Source of the DNA: Clostridia bacterium
Lineage (GTDB): Bacteria > Bacillota > Clostridia > HGM11514
DNA length: 64,000 nucleotides
NCBI GenBank assembly: GCA_045586685.1
Contig: JAZNAU010000020.1
Span: 1 to 64,000, forward strand
Direction: 5' to 3'
Shown here: positions 50,545 to 61,889 of the stretch, one piece after another
Position numbering within the stretch: the first letter of the stretch is position 1
How the letters are laid out: the number at the start of each line of letters is the position of its first letter
The notes under the pieces: generated by a model
What the model was told of the DNA's origin: nothing
What the model saw: the letters and a program-made list of their open reading frames with translations, nothing else
The model's database searches: none
Position numbers and translations under genes: made by a program

Positions 50545-51191
50545 TCCTCGCATCCTCCCTTACAAGCACTGCATCGACCGCAGTTTTTCTCTTTTTTCTT
50601 TCCCGTTTTATTACGGATTTTGTTCTGTAAAGCTGTCAACCAACTCAACACAAAGAAAGCACCCGGTGCTAAAATCATAATCGTAATCGGCTGAAAACTG
50701 TCCGGAAGAACTGAAATCCCGAACACCTGCCCCGCTCCCAACAACTCACGAACTGTTCCGATGCAAGTCAGTCCAACGGTAAATCCAAGTCCCATCCCGA
50801 TGCCGTCAAACAAAGAAGGCAGTACAGGATATTTGGATGCAAAGGATTCTGCACGTCCTAAAATAATACAATTCACCACAATCAATGGAATATAAATACC
50901 CAAGGATTTATAAAGAGAAGGAACAAAGCCTTCCAAAATCAGTTGTACCATGGTAACCAGAGAAGCTACAATGACGATATAGGCAGGAATCCGCACCCGA
51001 TCGGGAATTACTTTGCGAAGAAGAGAAATCACCGTATTGGACAGCATCAATACTGCCGTTGTAGTCAACCCCATACCGAGTCCGTTGATTGCACAAGTAG
51101 TAACTGCCAGTGTGGGACACATTCCGAGCATTTGAACAAAGGTTGGATTTTCTTTTATCAATCCGTTAAAAAGTGCTTTTTTACAGTTCAT
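50541..51191 (-). CDS. rnfE: Rnf complex subunit E
   Basis: LGMCPTLAVT, IPLIVVNCIILGRAE. Confidence 0.94.
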   Translation of the reverse strand: MNCKKALFNGLIKENPTFVQMLGMCPTLAVTTCAINGLGMGLTTTAVLMLSNTVISLLRKVIPDRVRIPAYIVIVASLVTMVQLILEGFVPSLYKSLGIYIPLIVVNCIILGRAESFASKYPVLPSLFDGIGMGLGFTVGLTCIGTVRELLGAGQVFGISVLPDSFQPITIMILAPGAFFVLSWLTALQNKIRNKTGKKKEKNCGRCSACKGGCEE

Positions 51192-52729
51192 TTCGTCCCA
51201 CCTCCCACGAGTTTTAGTGCAGCATTGACCGCTTCTGTTACTGCCTTACTGGTTACTGTCGCACCGGAGATGGCACTGATTTCATTCTCTGCAGTTACAT
51301 CTCCCTTGACAACGGTAAAGGCATCTGTTTTCTTATGATTAAATTGAGATTTGAATTCATCCTTTTCTGCATTCATTCCTAAGCCTGCTGTTTCGTTAAG
51401 AGAAAGGAAGGAAATTGCCGTTGTTTCTCCCTCCGGAGTAATTCCCACAACCAAACGGATGTCCCCGCCGTAGCCTTCGTGAGATGTGACGCAGACCACC
51501 GTTCCCAAGACAGTTTCACCCTCCTTTGCTGTCAGCATTTTTTCAAGGGAATAAGCATCCGTTTCTTCTCCCTTAAAAGAAAGTTCCTCAAAAAAATCCG
51601 CCTCAGAAAACACCGTTTTATATGCCTCCTGTGCTTGTTTTTCTTCTTGCAAAGCAATGGGTTCCTTGGTCATTTCATAAAAATACCCCAATACCAGGCC
51701 GGATAAAAGAGTAATACAAGTAAGCACTGCTACAACCTTCACATTTGCCTTTTTGTCCCCTTTATGAGGTGCAGTTGCGACCTTTTCCTGTGTTTCTTTT
51801 TGTTTTTCATTCTTCTGTTTTACCACACCAAAGGCTCTGGGAACCGTTACCTTTTCAATCAACGGTGTTACCATGTTTCCAATGATAATGGCAAAAGAAA
51901 CCCCCTCCGGATTGGCACCGAAAATACGGAACAGTGCAGTAAGAAAACCAATAAGCACACCGTAAATCAGCTTACCCTTTCCGGTAATGGGACTGGTCAC
52001 ATAATCCGTTGCCATGAAAAAAGCACCCAACAGCAAGCCTCCCGATAATACCTGGGAAAGAAGCCACACACCGTCCCAACTTCCCATAAGTCCTGAAAAC
52101 AGAACAAAAGATAAGATATAAGAAACCGGAATGTTCCAGGAAATAATTCCTTTCAAAAGCAAGTACAGTCCTCCAAGCAAAATTGCCAATGCAGACACTT
52201 CCCCGATGACGCCCGGAGTAGTTCCAAAAAACAAGTCAGACAACAAAACGCTGCCTCCCTCCCGCATTTGTGCCAAAGGAGTCGCACTGCTCACTCCGTC
52301 AGGAGAAAAGCGATTCATCTGTGCCGCAAAAGAAATCAAAAGAAAGCAACGGGCACCTAATGCAGGATTCATAAAGTTTTGCCCCAAGCCTCCAAACAGT
52401 TGTTTTACCATTAAAATCGCAAATATACATCCTAAAAGAGGAATCCAAAGAGGAATCTGGGGAGGCATATTCAAAGCAATCAAAAGTCCGGTCAAAGCGG
52501 CAGAGCCGTCTTTCACCGTAATTTCCTGCTTCATTCCCTTCTGATATGCCCATTCACAAGCAATCGAGCAAACCATACAGGCAATCATCAAACAAAGTGC
52601 ATACCACCCAAACTGATAAATTCCCCAAAGACAAGCGGGAATCAAGGCAATCAAAACATCCGTCATAACAGAACGGGTGGTTTTTTTGCATCTGATATGA
52701 GGGGATGCTGAAACATGATAACTCATCAC
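51188..52729 (-). CDS. rnfD: Fused RnfD-RnfG
   Basis: RnfD (SPHI, FGGLGQNFMNPA, SSATPL, FMATDYVTSP) in frame with RnfG (GYGG, ETAGLG, ISGATVTS). Confidence 0.9.
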   Translation of the reverse strand: MMSYHVSASPHIRCKKTTRSVMTDVLIALIPACLWGIYQFGWYALCLMIACMVCSIACEWAYQKGMKQEITVKDGSAALTGLLIALNMPPQIPLWIPLLGCIFAILMVKQLFGGLGQNFMNPALGARCFLLISFAAQMNRFSPDGVSSATPLAQMREGGSVLLSDLFFGTTPGVIGEVSALAILLGGLYLLLKGIISWNIPVSYILSFVLFSGLMGSWDGVWLLSQVLSGGLLLGAFFMATDYVTSPITGKGKLIYGVLIGFLTALFRIFGANPEGVSFAIIIGNMVTPLIEKVTVPRAFGVVKQKNEKQKETQEKVATAPHKGDKKANVKVVAVLTCITLLSGLVLGYFYEMTKEPIALQEEKQAQEAYKTVFSEADFFEELSFKGEETDAYSLEKMLTAKEGETVLGTVVCVTSHEGYGGDIRLVVGITPEGETTAISFLSLNETAGLGMNAEKDEFKSQFNHKKTDAFTVVKGDVTAENEISAISGATVTSKAVTEAVNAALKLVGGGTK

Positions 52730-54048
52730 TTTTTACCTCCTTGCCGCTTTTTCTGTAAACAGGTCATTCTTCCTGCTGTAATCAACTGACTCAAGGGACG
52801 CTTTGCAGGACAGCTGTAACTGCAACATCCACAGGAAAAACATTCCAATCCGTAAAACCGTTCAAAACTTTCGTAATCACGACGCAGTGAAAATTCCGCC
52901 AATTTTTGAGGCAATAATCTCTCAGGGCAATGCTGCACACATTGTCCGCATCGGATACAGGCTGTTTCCTTCACAGCCCCTTCGTCCTTTTCCATTGCAA
53001 CCAATGCGGTAGCGTTTTTCGTCACAGGAACAGACAAATCGGAAAGAGCAATCCCCATCATAGGGCCGCCGGAAATCAACTTTTCTGCCGGTTTTATAAG
53101 ACCTCCTGCTGCCTCTAACACACGTTTCAAATTTGTACCAAGACGCACCTCAAAATTGCCTGGATTGGCAACTGCATCTCCCGTTACTGTCACAATTCTT
53201 CGCATCAAAGGCGTCGATTCCGCCACAGCTTCGTAAATGGCTACCACCGTATCAATATTATGTACAATACATCCGGCATCAATGGGCAGCATAGTGGAAT
53301 TTAGTTTCCTTCCTGTGGCAGTATAAATCAGCATCCGTTCCGCCCCCTGAGGATACTTTGTTTTTGTCACAAGCAAACCAATCGACCCATCTTCCGGCAA
53401 GTGCTTTTTCAATTCCCCAATGGCTGCAGGCTTGTTATCCTCCACGCAAATGATTCCTTTCGCACAAGGAAACATTTTTAATAAAAGCAGTAAACCTTCT
53501 ATTACTTTTTTCGGAGATTCTAACATAATCCGGTAATCTGAAGTCAAGCAAGGTTCACACTCCGACCCATTTACCAAAATATATTCCACTTTCTCAGGCT
53601 CCTTGACAGAAAGCTTTACATGGGCGGGAAAACAAGCACCGCCCATTCCCACAATACCTGCCTCCTGAATTTGTTGCAGAATATCTTCTCTTGATAGTGT
53701 ACTTATCTCTCTTTTTTCACCAAGATGGTCAACAGGAGTGTCCAACCCGTCATTTTCAATAATAACCGACATGCATTTGGTTCCGTTCACCAAAGTTCTG
53801 GGTTCAATCCCCTTTACCTGACCGGAAACAGAGCTAATAATATTGGCAGAAACAAAGCCGTTCGCCTTGCAAAGCACCTGCCCCATTTTCACCTGCTCCC
53901 CTTGTTCTATAATAATTTCAGCCGGTGCACCAATATGCTGACTGACAGGAAACACCAGTTCCTCTCCCGGCTCTACTTTTGCAATCGGTTTGTTTTTGGT
54001 AAAATGTTTTCCGTCAAAGGGATGAATTCCACCACGAAACAGTTTCAC
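52726..54048 (-). CDS. rnfC: Rnf complex subunit C
   Basis: FRGGIHP, QHIGAP, ECEP, YPQGAE, GGPMMG; two Fe-S motifs. Confidence 0.94.
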   Translation of the reverse strand: MKLFRGGIHPFDGKHFTKNKPIAKVEPGEELVFPVSQHIGAPAEIIIEQGEQVKMGQVLCKANGFVSANIISSVSGQVKGIEPRTLVNGTKCMSVIIENDGLDTPVDHLGEKREISTLSREDILQQIQEAGIVGMGGACFPAHVKLSVKEPEKVEYILVNGSECEPCLTSDYRIMLESPKKVIEGLLLLLKMFPCAKGIICVEDNKPAAIGELKKHLPEDGSIGLLVTKTKYPQGAERMLIYTATGRKLNSTMLPIDAGCIVHNIDTVVAIYEAVAESTPLMRRIVTVTGDAVANPGNFEVRLGTNLKRVLEAAGGLIKPAEKLISGGPMMGIALSDLSVPVTKNATALVAMEKDEGAVKETACIRCGQCVQHCPERLLPQKLAEFSLRRDYESFERFYGLECFSCGCCSYSCPAKRPLSQLITAGRMTCLQKKRQGGKK

Positions 54049-54106
54049 ACCAATTCCTCCTTTTCCAAAAAGAAAAACCTACGCAAAAAAACGCAGGTTT
54101 AACCTA

Positions 54107-54832
54107 TTATATTTCCCAGTTGTGCCAAACATTCTGCACATCGTCATTATCTTCCAGCATATCAATCAGCTTTTCCATGTGCAGTAAATCTTTTTCATCA
54201 GTTAATGTAACATAGTTTTGAGGAACCATTTCCACTTCAGCGCTAACAAAAGAATAACCCTTTTCTTCCAATGCTTCTCTCACTGCAGAAAAATCCGCAG
54301 GAGCTGTCAAAATTTCAAAGCATCCATCTTCAGCAGAAAAATCCTCTGCGCCCGCATCCAGTGCTTCCATCATCAAGGTTTCTTCATCTACACCATCTTG
54401 TTCTTCGATTACGATAACGCCCTTCTGGTCAAACATAAATCCTACACAGCCAGTCTGACCTAAATTACCGCCGAATTTGTCAAAATAATGTCGAACTTCG
54501 CCTGCAGTACGGTTTTTGTTATCTGTCATTACCTCTACAATGACCGCAACCCCTGAAGGACCATAACCCTCATAAGTGATTTCCATGTAATCCTCACCGT
54601 TGCCTTCTCCGGCTGCTTTCTTAATACTCCTTGCAATGGTGTCATTGGGCATATTGTTCGCTTTTGCCTTTGCAATAACATCCTTTAGCTTAGAGTTGCT
54701 TTCCGGATCCGGTCCGCCCATCTTTACCGTAACAGCTATCTCACGGCCTATCTTGGTAAAAATTTTACCTTTTTGGGCGTCTGATTTCTCCTTCTTGTGC
54801 TTTATATTAGACCATTTGGAATGCCCTGACAT
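54107..54832 (-). CDS. YebC/PmpR family protein
   Basis: [24 protein letters not shown]. Confidence 0.96.
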   Translation of the reverse strand: MSGHSKWSNIKHKKEKSDAQKGKIFTKIGREIAVTVKMGGPDPESNSKLKDVIAKAKANNMPNDTIARSIKKAAGEGNGEDYMEITYEGYGPSGVAVIVEVMTDNKNRTAGEVRHYFDKFGGNLGQTGCVGFMFDQKGVIVIEEQDGVDEETLMMEALDAGAEDFSAEDGCFEILTAPADFSAVREALEEKGYSFVSAEVEMVPQNYVTLTDEKDLLHMEKLIDMLEDNDDVQNVWHNWEI

Positions 54833-54877
54833 GAAACTATCCTCTCCATTTCATCATAAAACAATTTTAACATTAGT

Positions 54878-54906
54878 ATTATAACATAAATCTCTCATTT
54901 TGTCAA
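54878..54906 (-). promoter_or_regulatory. Sigma-A promoter upstream of the yebC-like gene
   Basis: TTGACA-17 bp-TATAAT with TGn extension. Confidence 0.8.
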
Positions 54907-54927
54907 GAAAATATCCCCTCTCTTTTG

Positions 54928-57900
54928 TTAAATGCGAAAATATTCTCCCGTTTTTATGAAATAAAGAATGGTTTTTATCGGTTTTTTTCCGTATATCTGT
55001 TCAACCGCCAAAGAGTATAAATACAACTGCATTTCATAGCGTTTTTTAGCGCGTTCAAAATCGGTATCGGAATCCGTCTTATAATCCAGCAGATAAAATT
55101 CTCCGTCTTTTTCCACCAGACAGTCAATCATTCCCTGAATCAGCAGTGTTTCCTCGCCCGCCTCAGAAAACAATTCTTTTGCAGGAAAAGGGAACAGGAA
55201 TCGTTTTTCCCGCTCAATGCGGTCTGCCTTACAAATCAAATCATAAAGAGGCGTTTGACTGAATTTCATAAGTAGGGATACATCAATGATGTTTCTATCT
55301 TCTTGGGTCATTTTTCCACTGACAACAAAGGAATCAAGTTGCTCTGTCATTTTTTCTTTGTCGTTCAATGATTTCAAATCCAAATACTGCAACGCCAGAT
55401 GATATACAGTTCCCCGTTCCGTGGCAGTAAGGCGTTCCTCCCGCATAAATGCGGGGCGCTTGGGCAATGGACTTTCTGCAATTTCCTTTGGGTAATAAAC
55501 CCACCCCTCCTCTGTTGCTTCGCTTGTGTACCGTCGTTTCAATTCACTGACCGAAAGCTTTGCAGGAATCCGACAGAGGGCATTATAAGGATATGTAAAG
55601 TCAAGGGCAGAGAAATCAGTGATTTCGCATACTGTCTCCGTTTCCGATTGTTGACTCTCAGGGCTTTCCTCTATTCCTTCCTTCCAATGCAATTCAAAAG
55701 AAAATCCGGGATTTTCATCAAAGGGCAAACCGCTATCACGAAGGAATTTTGCGGAAGGATGAAACATAAATGCCCCTAATAACCATTCCAGCCAACTTTT
55801 TCCGTTTTGGGCAATTATAGATTCAAAGCCTGTTCCCTGAATCTGACTGCGAACTCCATTTAAGGTGCTCTCTAGCCCATTATCGCTCCCAATCATAATA
55901 AGTTTCTGTTTTGCTCGGGTCATGGCAACATACAAAAGACGCAGTTCCTCTGCCTTAATATCTTGTTTTTTCTTTTGTTTAATTGCCTTTTTGACAAAGG
56001 TTTCAAAAATAATATGTTTTTGGGTATCAACACAGTCAGAGCCAAATCCCAGTTGTTCATCGGCAAGCAAGCGGTTTTTGTTAATATCCTGAAAATTAAA
56101 CTGTTTTCCGCAATCGCAGATAAATACCACATTTGCTTCCAACCCCTTACTTTTATGGGCACTCATAATGCTGACTGCATTGTCTCTGGTGGATACATCA
56201 GACATATCCACACCTCGTTCTGTCTGTTCCATCTGTCGTTGTAAATAGGTGATAAAATGGAACAACCCCCTATAAGAGGTTCTTTCAAAAGAGCCTGCCC
56301 ATTTGGTCAGGAGAAGTAATCTGTTTTTCCGAAGTTCTCCGTCCGGTTTCTGGCTATAATAAACCAGTAATCCTGTTTCTTCATAAATCCCTTCAATTAA
56401 CTTTCTGACACGCAAATTTTCTGCATCCGTCCGCCAACGGTTTAAGGTTTCCAAAAACGACGTTGCACGTCGGTCTTGCGATGCAAGCAAACAATCATAA
56501 TAATCTCCGTCTCGTTTCTGTAAGCGTAATTGGGTTAAAAAGTCATCGTCAAAACCAAATAGAGGAGAACGAAGGACCGCCAAAAGGGGAATGTCCTGTC
56601 TTGGATTGTCAATAATCTGCAAGAGAGAAATGGCAAGTTTTACCTCAAATGATTCAAAAAAGGAAGAACCTTTACCCAACTCATAGGGAATATCATACCG
56701 CTTCAACATATCCGTATAATATTCCGTCCGTCCTTTCAGAGAACGAAGTATAATCATAAAATCCCCATAATGACAAGGACGCATCTCCCCGCTTTTACTG
56801 TCATAAATCAATTCACCCTCCAAAACCATTTTCCTGATACGGCGGACACAGATTTCTGCTTCACGCTGATAGTAGGTTTCATCTTCCTCGGTATCTTTTC
56901 GCTCCAGCACATATAATTCAGCGGAAGTGTTTTCGCCGGGGTATCCGCCACCAAAATACAAAGCCTCCTCTGCAGTATAATTCAAACCCCCGCATTCCTT
57001 GCACATCAGACGGGAAAAAACAAAATTGCAACAAGCCAAAACAGACTGGTTACTTCTGAAATTTTTTGACAGTAACAATCGTCTGGTATCCTCTCCGTCC
57101 GTCTTACTGTATTGCTGATACTTTTCCAAAAACAATACAGGCTTGGAATTTCGGAACCCGTAAATGCTCTGTTTGATATCTCCTACCATAAAACGTTTCT
57201 TTTCGCCTGCAGTTAAAGAAAATATCATTTCCTGCACATCGTTGGTATCCTGATATTCGTCAATCAAAACTTCTTCATACTCTTTTCTCAGTTGCAATGC
57301 AACAGAAGAAGGAACCAACTCTCCCTCAGCCGTTCGTTCAGACAAAATGCCGATACTGTAATGCTCCAAATCACTAAAATCCGCCAATGAACGTTGTAAT
57401 TTCTTTTTCAGATAGCAATCCTCAAACAATTCAATGACTTCTGCTAAAAATGAAATCTGTTTCTCTACCGGCATTAAATCACAAAAGCACGCTTCCTCCG
57501 ATTGAAAAAAAACATTTTTTTGCAAATCCCAAACTGCTGATTTGATTTTTTCACGAATCTTTTTAAAGCGGTCGGCAAGCTCTTTATTCCCTCCTCTTGC
57601 CATTCTGGATATATCACAAAAAGTGATTTCCTTCAGTGCAGTTACGATTTGGTCCCAACTTGCCGTTTCTATCTTCTTTTTCAAATTCAGCAAAAGGACA
57701 ATATCCTCTGAAAATGTAGTGATATATCCCTTTAAACCATTTCCTTCATCCAACTGCTCCAACTGTTTTTTTGCATTTTCCGCAAGAGAAAGAGTTTGCT
57801 CCAGTTGTTCACGGGCATACTTTATCAAAAAGTTCCCCCAGCGAGTCTCTGAAATTGGTTGTTCCGGAAATCGAATAACGTTTCTCATCCAATTACGGTA

Positions 57901-58461
57901 AAAAGGCATGGAACGAAGAAACTCATACAGATTCAGAATCAGACTCATCAAGGGCTTGTCATCTCTTTCACCGTACCATTCTACCAATTCAGACATTTTC
58001 TCTCCCTGTTGTTCATATAAAAGTCCAAAAGCCTCCTCCAATGCATCTTGTTTCAGCATTTCTGTTTCTGCCGGCTCTGATAACTTAAAATCATAAGGCA
58101 GCTCCGTTTTTTGAAAATGACGCTTAATCAGATTCATACAAAAAGAATGCATGGTGGTAATTTCCGCATTGCCAAGCAACGCCAACTGACGTCTCAACCC
58201 GTCATTATGAGGATTTTTTTCAATCCCCTCTACAATGGCAGCACCGATTTTTTGCTTCATTTGTTTTGCCGCTGCATTGGTAAAGGTCACCACAAGCAAC
58301 CGGTCCACATCCACCGGATGTTCGGGGTCTGTAATCATCCGAATGACTCGTTCTACCAAAACTGCCGTCTTGCCCGAACCGGCCGCAGCGGACACAAGGG
58401 TGTCGGTATGACGGATAGAAATTGCTTCCATCTGTTCTCTGGTCCATTTCATATCAGCCAT
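54928..58461 (-). CDS. addA: AddAB helicase/nuclease subunit A
   Basis: AAAGSGKT, IDEYQD, VGDIKQSIY, HKSKGLE, YVAMTRA, DYKTD. Confidence 0.95.
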   Translation of the reverse strand: MADMKWTREQMEAISIRHTDTLVSAAAGSGKTAVLVERVIRMITDPEHPVDVDRLLVVTFTNAAAKQMKQKIGAAIVEGIEKNPHNDGLRRQLALLGNAEITTMHSFCMNLIKRHFQKTELPYDFKLSEPAETEMLKQDALEEAFGLLYEQQGEKMSELVEWYGERDDKPLMSLILNLYEFLRSMPFYRNWMRNVIRFPEQPISETRWGNFLIKYAREQLEQTLSLAENAKKQLEQLDEGNGLKGYITTFSEDIVLLLNLKKKIETASWDQIVTALKEITFCDISRMARGGNKELADRFKKIREKIKSAVWDLQKNVFFQSEEACFCDLMPVEKQISFLAEVIELFEDCYLKKKLQRSLADFSDLEHYSIGILSERTAEGELVPSSVALQLRKEYEEVLIDEYQDTNDVQEMIFSLTAGEKKRFMVGDIKQSIYGFRNSKPVLFLEKYQQYSKTDGEDTRRLLLSKNFRSNQSVLACCNFVFSRLMCKECGGLNYTAEEALYFGGGYPGENTSAELYVLERKDTEEDETYYQREAEICVRRIRKMVLEGELIYDSKSGEMRPCHYGDFMIILRSLKGRTEYYTDMLKRYDIPYELGKGSSFFESFEVKLAISLLQIIDNPRQDIPLLAVLRSPLFGFDDDFLTQLRLQKRDGDYYDCLLASQDRRATSFLETLNRWRTDAENLRVRKLIEGIYEETGLLVYYSQKPDGELRKNRLLLLTKWAGSFERTSYRGLFHFITYLQRQMEQTERGVDMSDVSTRDNAVSIMSAHKSKGLEANVVFICDCGKQFNFQDINKNRLLADEQLGFGSDCVDTQKHIIFETFVKKAIKQKKKQDIKAEELRLLYVAMTRAKQKLIMIGSDNGLESTLNGVRSQIQGTGFESIIAQNGKSWLEWLLGAFMFHPSAKFLRDSGLPFDENPGFSFELHWKEGIEESPESQQSETETVCEITDFSALDFTYPYNALCRIPAKLSVSELKRRYTSEATEEGWVYYPKEIAESPLPKRPAFMREERLTATERGTVYHLALQYLDLKSLNDKEKMTEQLDSFVVSGKMTQEDRNIIDVSLLMKFSQTPLYDLICKADRIEREKRFLFPFPAKELFSEAGEETLLIQGMIDCLVEKDGEFYLLDYKTDSDTDFERAKKRYEMQLYLYSLAVEQIYGKKPIKTILYFIKTGEYFRI

Positions 58462-61400
58462 TTTCTTCAACCTCCATCCGTTTCATAATTTCTTCCTTCG
58501 GCAAATCAACAAAGCTACGGCATTTACCCGTCTTTCCTTCAAAGCCGCATACAGAAGAATAAGGGCAATAGGTACAGGAAAACTCCCGTTTTGTTTTCGC
58601 AGGAAAGACATCTGCACGTCCCTTTTTTATTTCAGCGGATAGCCGTCTTAAACAGGATTTTACCTGTTTTCTCAACAATTCAAATTCATGTGCCGTCGCC
58701 ACATTTCCTCCATACCCGCCTTTTTTTAAAATACGAGCAGGGATCAGGTCGGAACCGCCCTCGCAGTTTTCGTCCATGGCAAGCATGACTGCACTGTCTG
58801 CAAGAACAATCCCCTTCATTTTATAATTTTTCTGCAATTCCTTTAACAATTCGGTTCCGTCCAGCGTTGTTTCCGTTCTGGCGTAAGGGTCTTTGACAGA
58901 AAAATAGAATACACCCGCCGGCTTTTCCTCTTTACACATAGCATCAAGATAAGTAATCAATTGCAGATTCAATCCGTAATACACATCATTTAAGTAAAAA
59001 TCCTTTTCCCCTGATTTGTAATCAATAATTCGAATCCAAGAGCCGTCGGGAGTCCGATACACATCCGCACGGTCCACCTTTCCCGTTAATGTAACCGGTT
59101 TTCCGTCAGCCGTATATAAAGTAACAGGAGGCAAGTCCCCTTTGTCACTAAATTCCAACTCATAACCCAAGGGACGGAACAAGCCGTTTTTAAAATGCAA
59201 ACTAATGACATAAATTTTCTTTGAAAGCAAACGCTTTAATCTTGCTGTCAGATACACATATCTGGGAGAGCTTACCAGCAGTCCTCCAAACCATTGAGGA
59301 AGGGATTCATCCACAATTCTGTCCACCAGCCAAGTACACTCTTCCTGTGTTATGGTTTGCCAATCCAAAGATGATGATTCATCAATCAATCGGGCACTTT
59401 TTTCTAAAATATCATGCAAAAAACTACCCGTGTCAGGTGCCCCTAAACGATATTGGCGCCGCTCCTTTGCCCTTAAATGATAAGTTGCATGAAAAGAAAA
59501 GGGACATTTATGAAATCGCTCCAAACGGGACACGCTTACGTTCAACCCCTTCTGATACAAAGCATTCACCGTTTCAGAAGATAAGGTAACTTGTTGTAGG
59601 TCTCCCGTCCGATTCAGCATTGAAAGTTTGTCTGTCCACTCAGGATGGTCAGCAAACCATTGCTTTGCATGACGATACCATTGCGGATGCTCTGCCATTT
59701 TAGAAAAGGTATAACCGGGTGCACTGACCAAAGGAAGATTGGTCACAGCCGTCAGTTTTGGAAATAATTCATAAATACGGCTCACGATTTGCGAGGCGGT
59801 TTTTGCCGTCTGGTCCATGTCACTTTTGCGATAACTGAAGATAAGTTTTTCCTGTGCCAGAGAAATCACCTTATAAATAATTTCCTGTTCCATATACGCA
59901 GCCTTTTGCCGACTTGTTGCCGTTTCCAGTCCGAAGGCTTCCAGAACATCCCGTTCTGTACCGTCTAACAGACCGTTTCGTTCTCCGTTTGCAGGAAATT
60001 CTCCTTCATTGACGCCCATTACAAACAGGCACCGCACTCCGTCTCCCACAAAACGGTCTGCCGAGCTTATGGTGACACTGTCAAGACTTTGAGGAACAGA
60101 GCCAACCGCAGAGGCGCTAAAGCCCTCTTCCACCAATTCCATAAATTTAAAAAAGCTTCCCTTATCCTCCCCTGCCAGTAAAACTACCTGATCCAGTACA
60201 TGAAGCAAAACATTCCACAGCTGACGGTATTCTTCGCTTAACCGTTGCTCTCCCTTTTGTCGAAACTGCTCCATTTTTTTCATCAGCTTATCGTATATTT
60301 CAAGGGATTCCAAGAACAAAAACAAGGTTTGTGCCTGTTCTAAATACGCTCTGCTCCCTTTTACCTTTTCCCAAAGATTTTTCAAAGGAGTAACCAACAA
60401 ATTACGGGCCGTTTCAACTTCTTCCCTGTCAAATTCGCAATGCTCATCTAAAAAAACACGATTCAGCTTGTCCGTCCATTTTTCATCCTCCGTCCAGACA
60501 TTACCGAACACCCCATAGGCAAGAGAAAAATTTTCCAGCATATCCCCTTGTTCCTTAGATAAGGGGCTGAAATAAGATTTGACATAATGAAATACCGATT
60601 CATAATTCCAATTATGCTCAAAGATATCCCCAAAGGACATCAAAAACGTCACTAATGGATGACTGACCACCGGCTCTTTCCGGTCGGTAAAATACGGAAT
60701 GTCAAACATCCCAAATACTTGCTCCAATACATCCTCATATCCGGAAAGATTTCTTGCTACAACCCCAAAATCACGGTATCGCATTCCTTCTTCACGACAA
60801 AGTCTGACAATTTCTGCCCCAACCATTTCCGCCTCTACGTATGGATTGTCAGCAACAAACAACTGTACTTGTTTGGGCTCATTTTCCCATCGACCGCTCG
60901 GGTATGTAAAATACTGCTCTCTTAAAAATTGCAATTCAGAAGGTTTTGTTTCTCCCTGCACAAAGACAAATTTGGGATCCATAGCTGAAAACGTATCAAT
61001 ATTCCGAATGGTTGACCGAAAACAAAGCTTTGTTTCTTCCGTTCGTGAAAACTCCTCCGTTACCAGACCGATAGAAACTTCCTTGCACAATCCGTTCAGA
61101 ACAGTAATCAGTTTTCTTTCCTGAACAGTAAACCCGCTGAAATAATATAAAATCAAAGTGGCGTCTGACAATTCTGCTTGTTCTGGCTGTTCGGTTAAAA
61201 GCCGCGTAAAACGAGTCAGGTCATCATCTGCATCCCTCCCCGCTTTTTCGCAAAGCTGTGTAAACGTTTGATATACCAACGCCATATCGGCTAATTTTTC
61301 CTGTAAATAGGGATGCTCCTCCAACTCCTTCTTTTTCTCTAACAAGGTTTCGGGGAAAATTTCGGAATGTTTCAATTCCGCTACGGTTTTACACATGGTA

Positions 61401-61726
61401 TCCGCAAACCCCTTTTTCTCAATACTGGTTTTGTACACTGTAAGCTTGGAGAAACATTTCTGTAACGCCTGCTCCATTAAAATCAACTTGGCAGAACCAC
61501 CAATATATTCACCGCTGTTCCCTGTCCGTTCAAAAATTTCTTGAGCAAAACGGTGGAAACTGGTAACGTTGGTTCCGTATTTTTGCAAATCAAGAAAAGA
61601 AGTTTCTCCCGAAAGGGAAAATTGCTCAGGAACAATCAAAAAGGTACGGCTGTTTTGCATCGCAAGATGACGGCAATGCTGTTGCAACGCCTCCCTGTCA
61701 GTTCCGTAAAAAAAACACAAACCCAT
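58454..61726 (-). CDS. addB: AddAB subunit B
   Basis: IVPEQ, SVSRLE..CPF, GKVDRAD, IDYKSG, LQL, CTYCPYSSVC. Confidence 0.92.
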   Translation of the reverse strand: MGLCFFYGTDREALQQHCRHLAMQNSRTFLIVPEQFSLSGETSFLDLQKYGTNVTSFHRFAQEIFERTGNSGEYIGGSAKLILMEQALQKCFSKLTVYKTSIEKKGFADTMCKTVAELKHSEIFPETLLEKKKELEEHPYLQEKLADMALVYQTFTQLCEKAGRDADDDLTRFTRLLTEQPEQAELSDATLILYYFSGFTVQERKLITVLNGLCKEVSIGLVTEEFSRTEETKLCFRSTIRNIDTFSAMDPKFVFVQGETKPSELQFLREQYFTYPSGRWENEPKQVQLFVADNPYVEAEMVGAEIVRLCREEGMRYRDFGVVARNLSGYEDVLEQVFGMFDIPYFTDRKEPVVSHPLVTFLMSFGDIFEHNWNYESVFHYVKSYFSPLSKEQGDMLENFSLAYGVFGNVWTEDEKWTDKLNRVFLDEHCEFDREEVETARNLLVTPLKNLWEKVKGSRAYLEQAQTLFLFLESLEIYDKLMKKMEQFRQKGEQRLSEEYRQLWNVLLHVLDQVVLLAGEDKGSFFKFMELVEEGFSASAVGSVPQSLDSVTISSADRFVGDGVRCLFVMGVNEGEFPANGERNGLLDGTERDVLEAFGLETATSRQKAAYMEQEIIYKVISLAQEKLIFSYRKSDMDQTAKTASQIVSRIYELFPKLTAVTNLPLVSAPGYTFSKMAEHPQWYRHAKQWFADHPEWTDKLSMLNRTGDLQQVTLSSETVNALYQKGLNVSVSRLERFHKCPFSFHATYHLRAKERRQYRLGAPDTGSFLHDILEKSARLIDESSSLDWQTITQEECTWLVDRIVDESLPQWFGGLLVSSPRYVYLTARLKRLLSKKIYVISLHFKNGLFRPLGYELEFSDKGDLPPVTLYTADGKPVTLTGKVDRADVYRTPDGSWIRIIDYKSGEKDFYLNDVYYGLNLQLITYLDAMCKEEKPAGVFYFSVKDPYARTETTLDGTELLKELQKNYKMKGIVLADSAVMLAMDENCEGGSDLIPARILKKGGYGGNVATAHEFELLRKQVKSCLRRLSAEIKKGRADVFPAKTKREFSCTYCPYSSVCGFEGKTGKCRSFVDLPKEEIMKRMEVEENG

Positions 61727-61889
61727 TTCGTTCTCTCCTTTTCAAATATTTCCCCATTCCTTCTTTTTATTATATCACTTCTTTTATTAAATGACAATAA
61801 AAATTTACAGTTCATAAGCACCACCTCTCTCATCTTGACAAAATGTAAAAATTATGATACGCTTAATAAAAATATGCAGGAGGTTTTCT

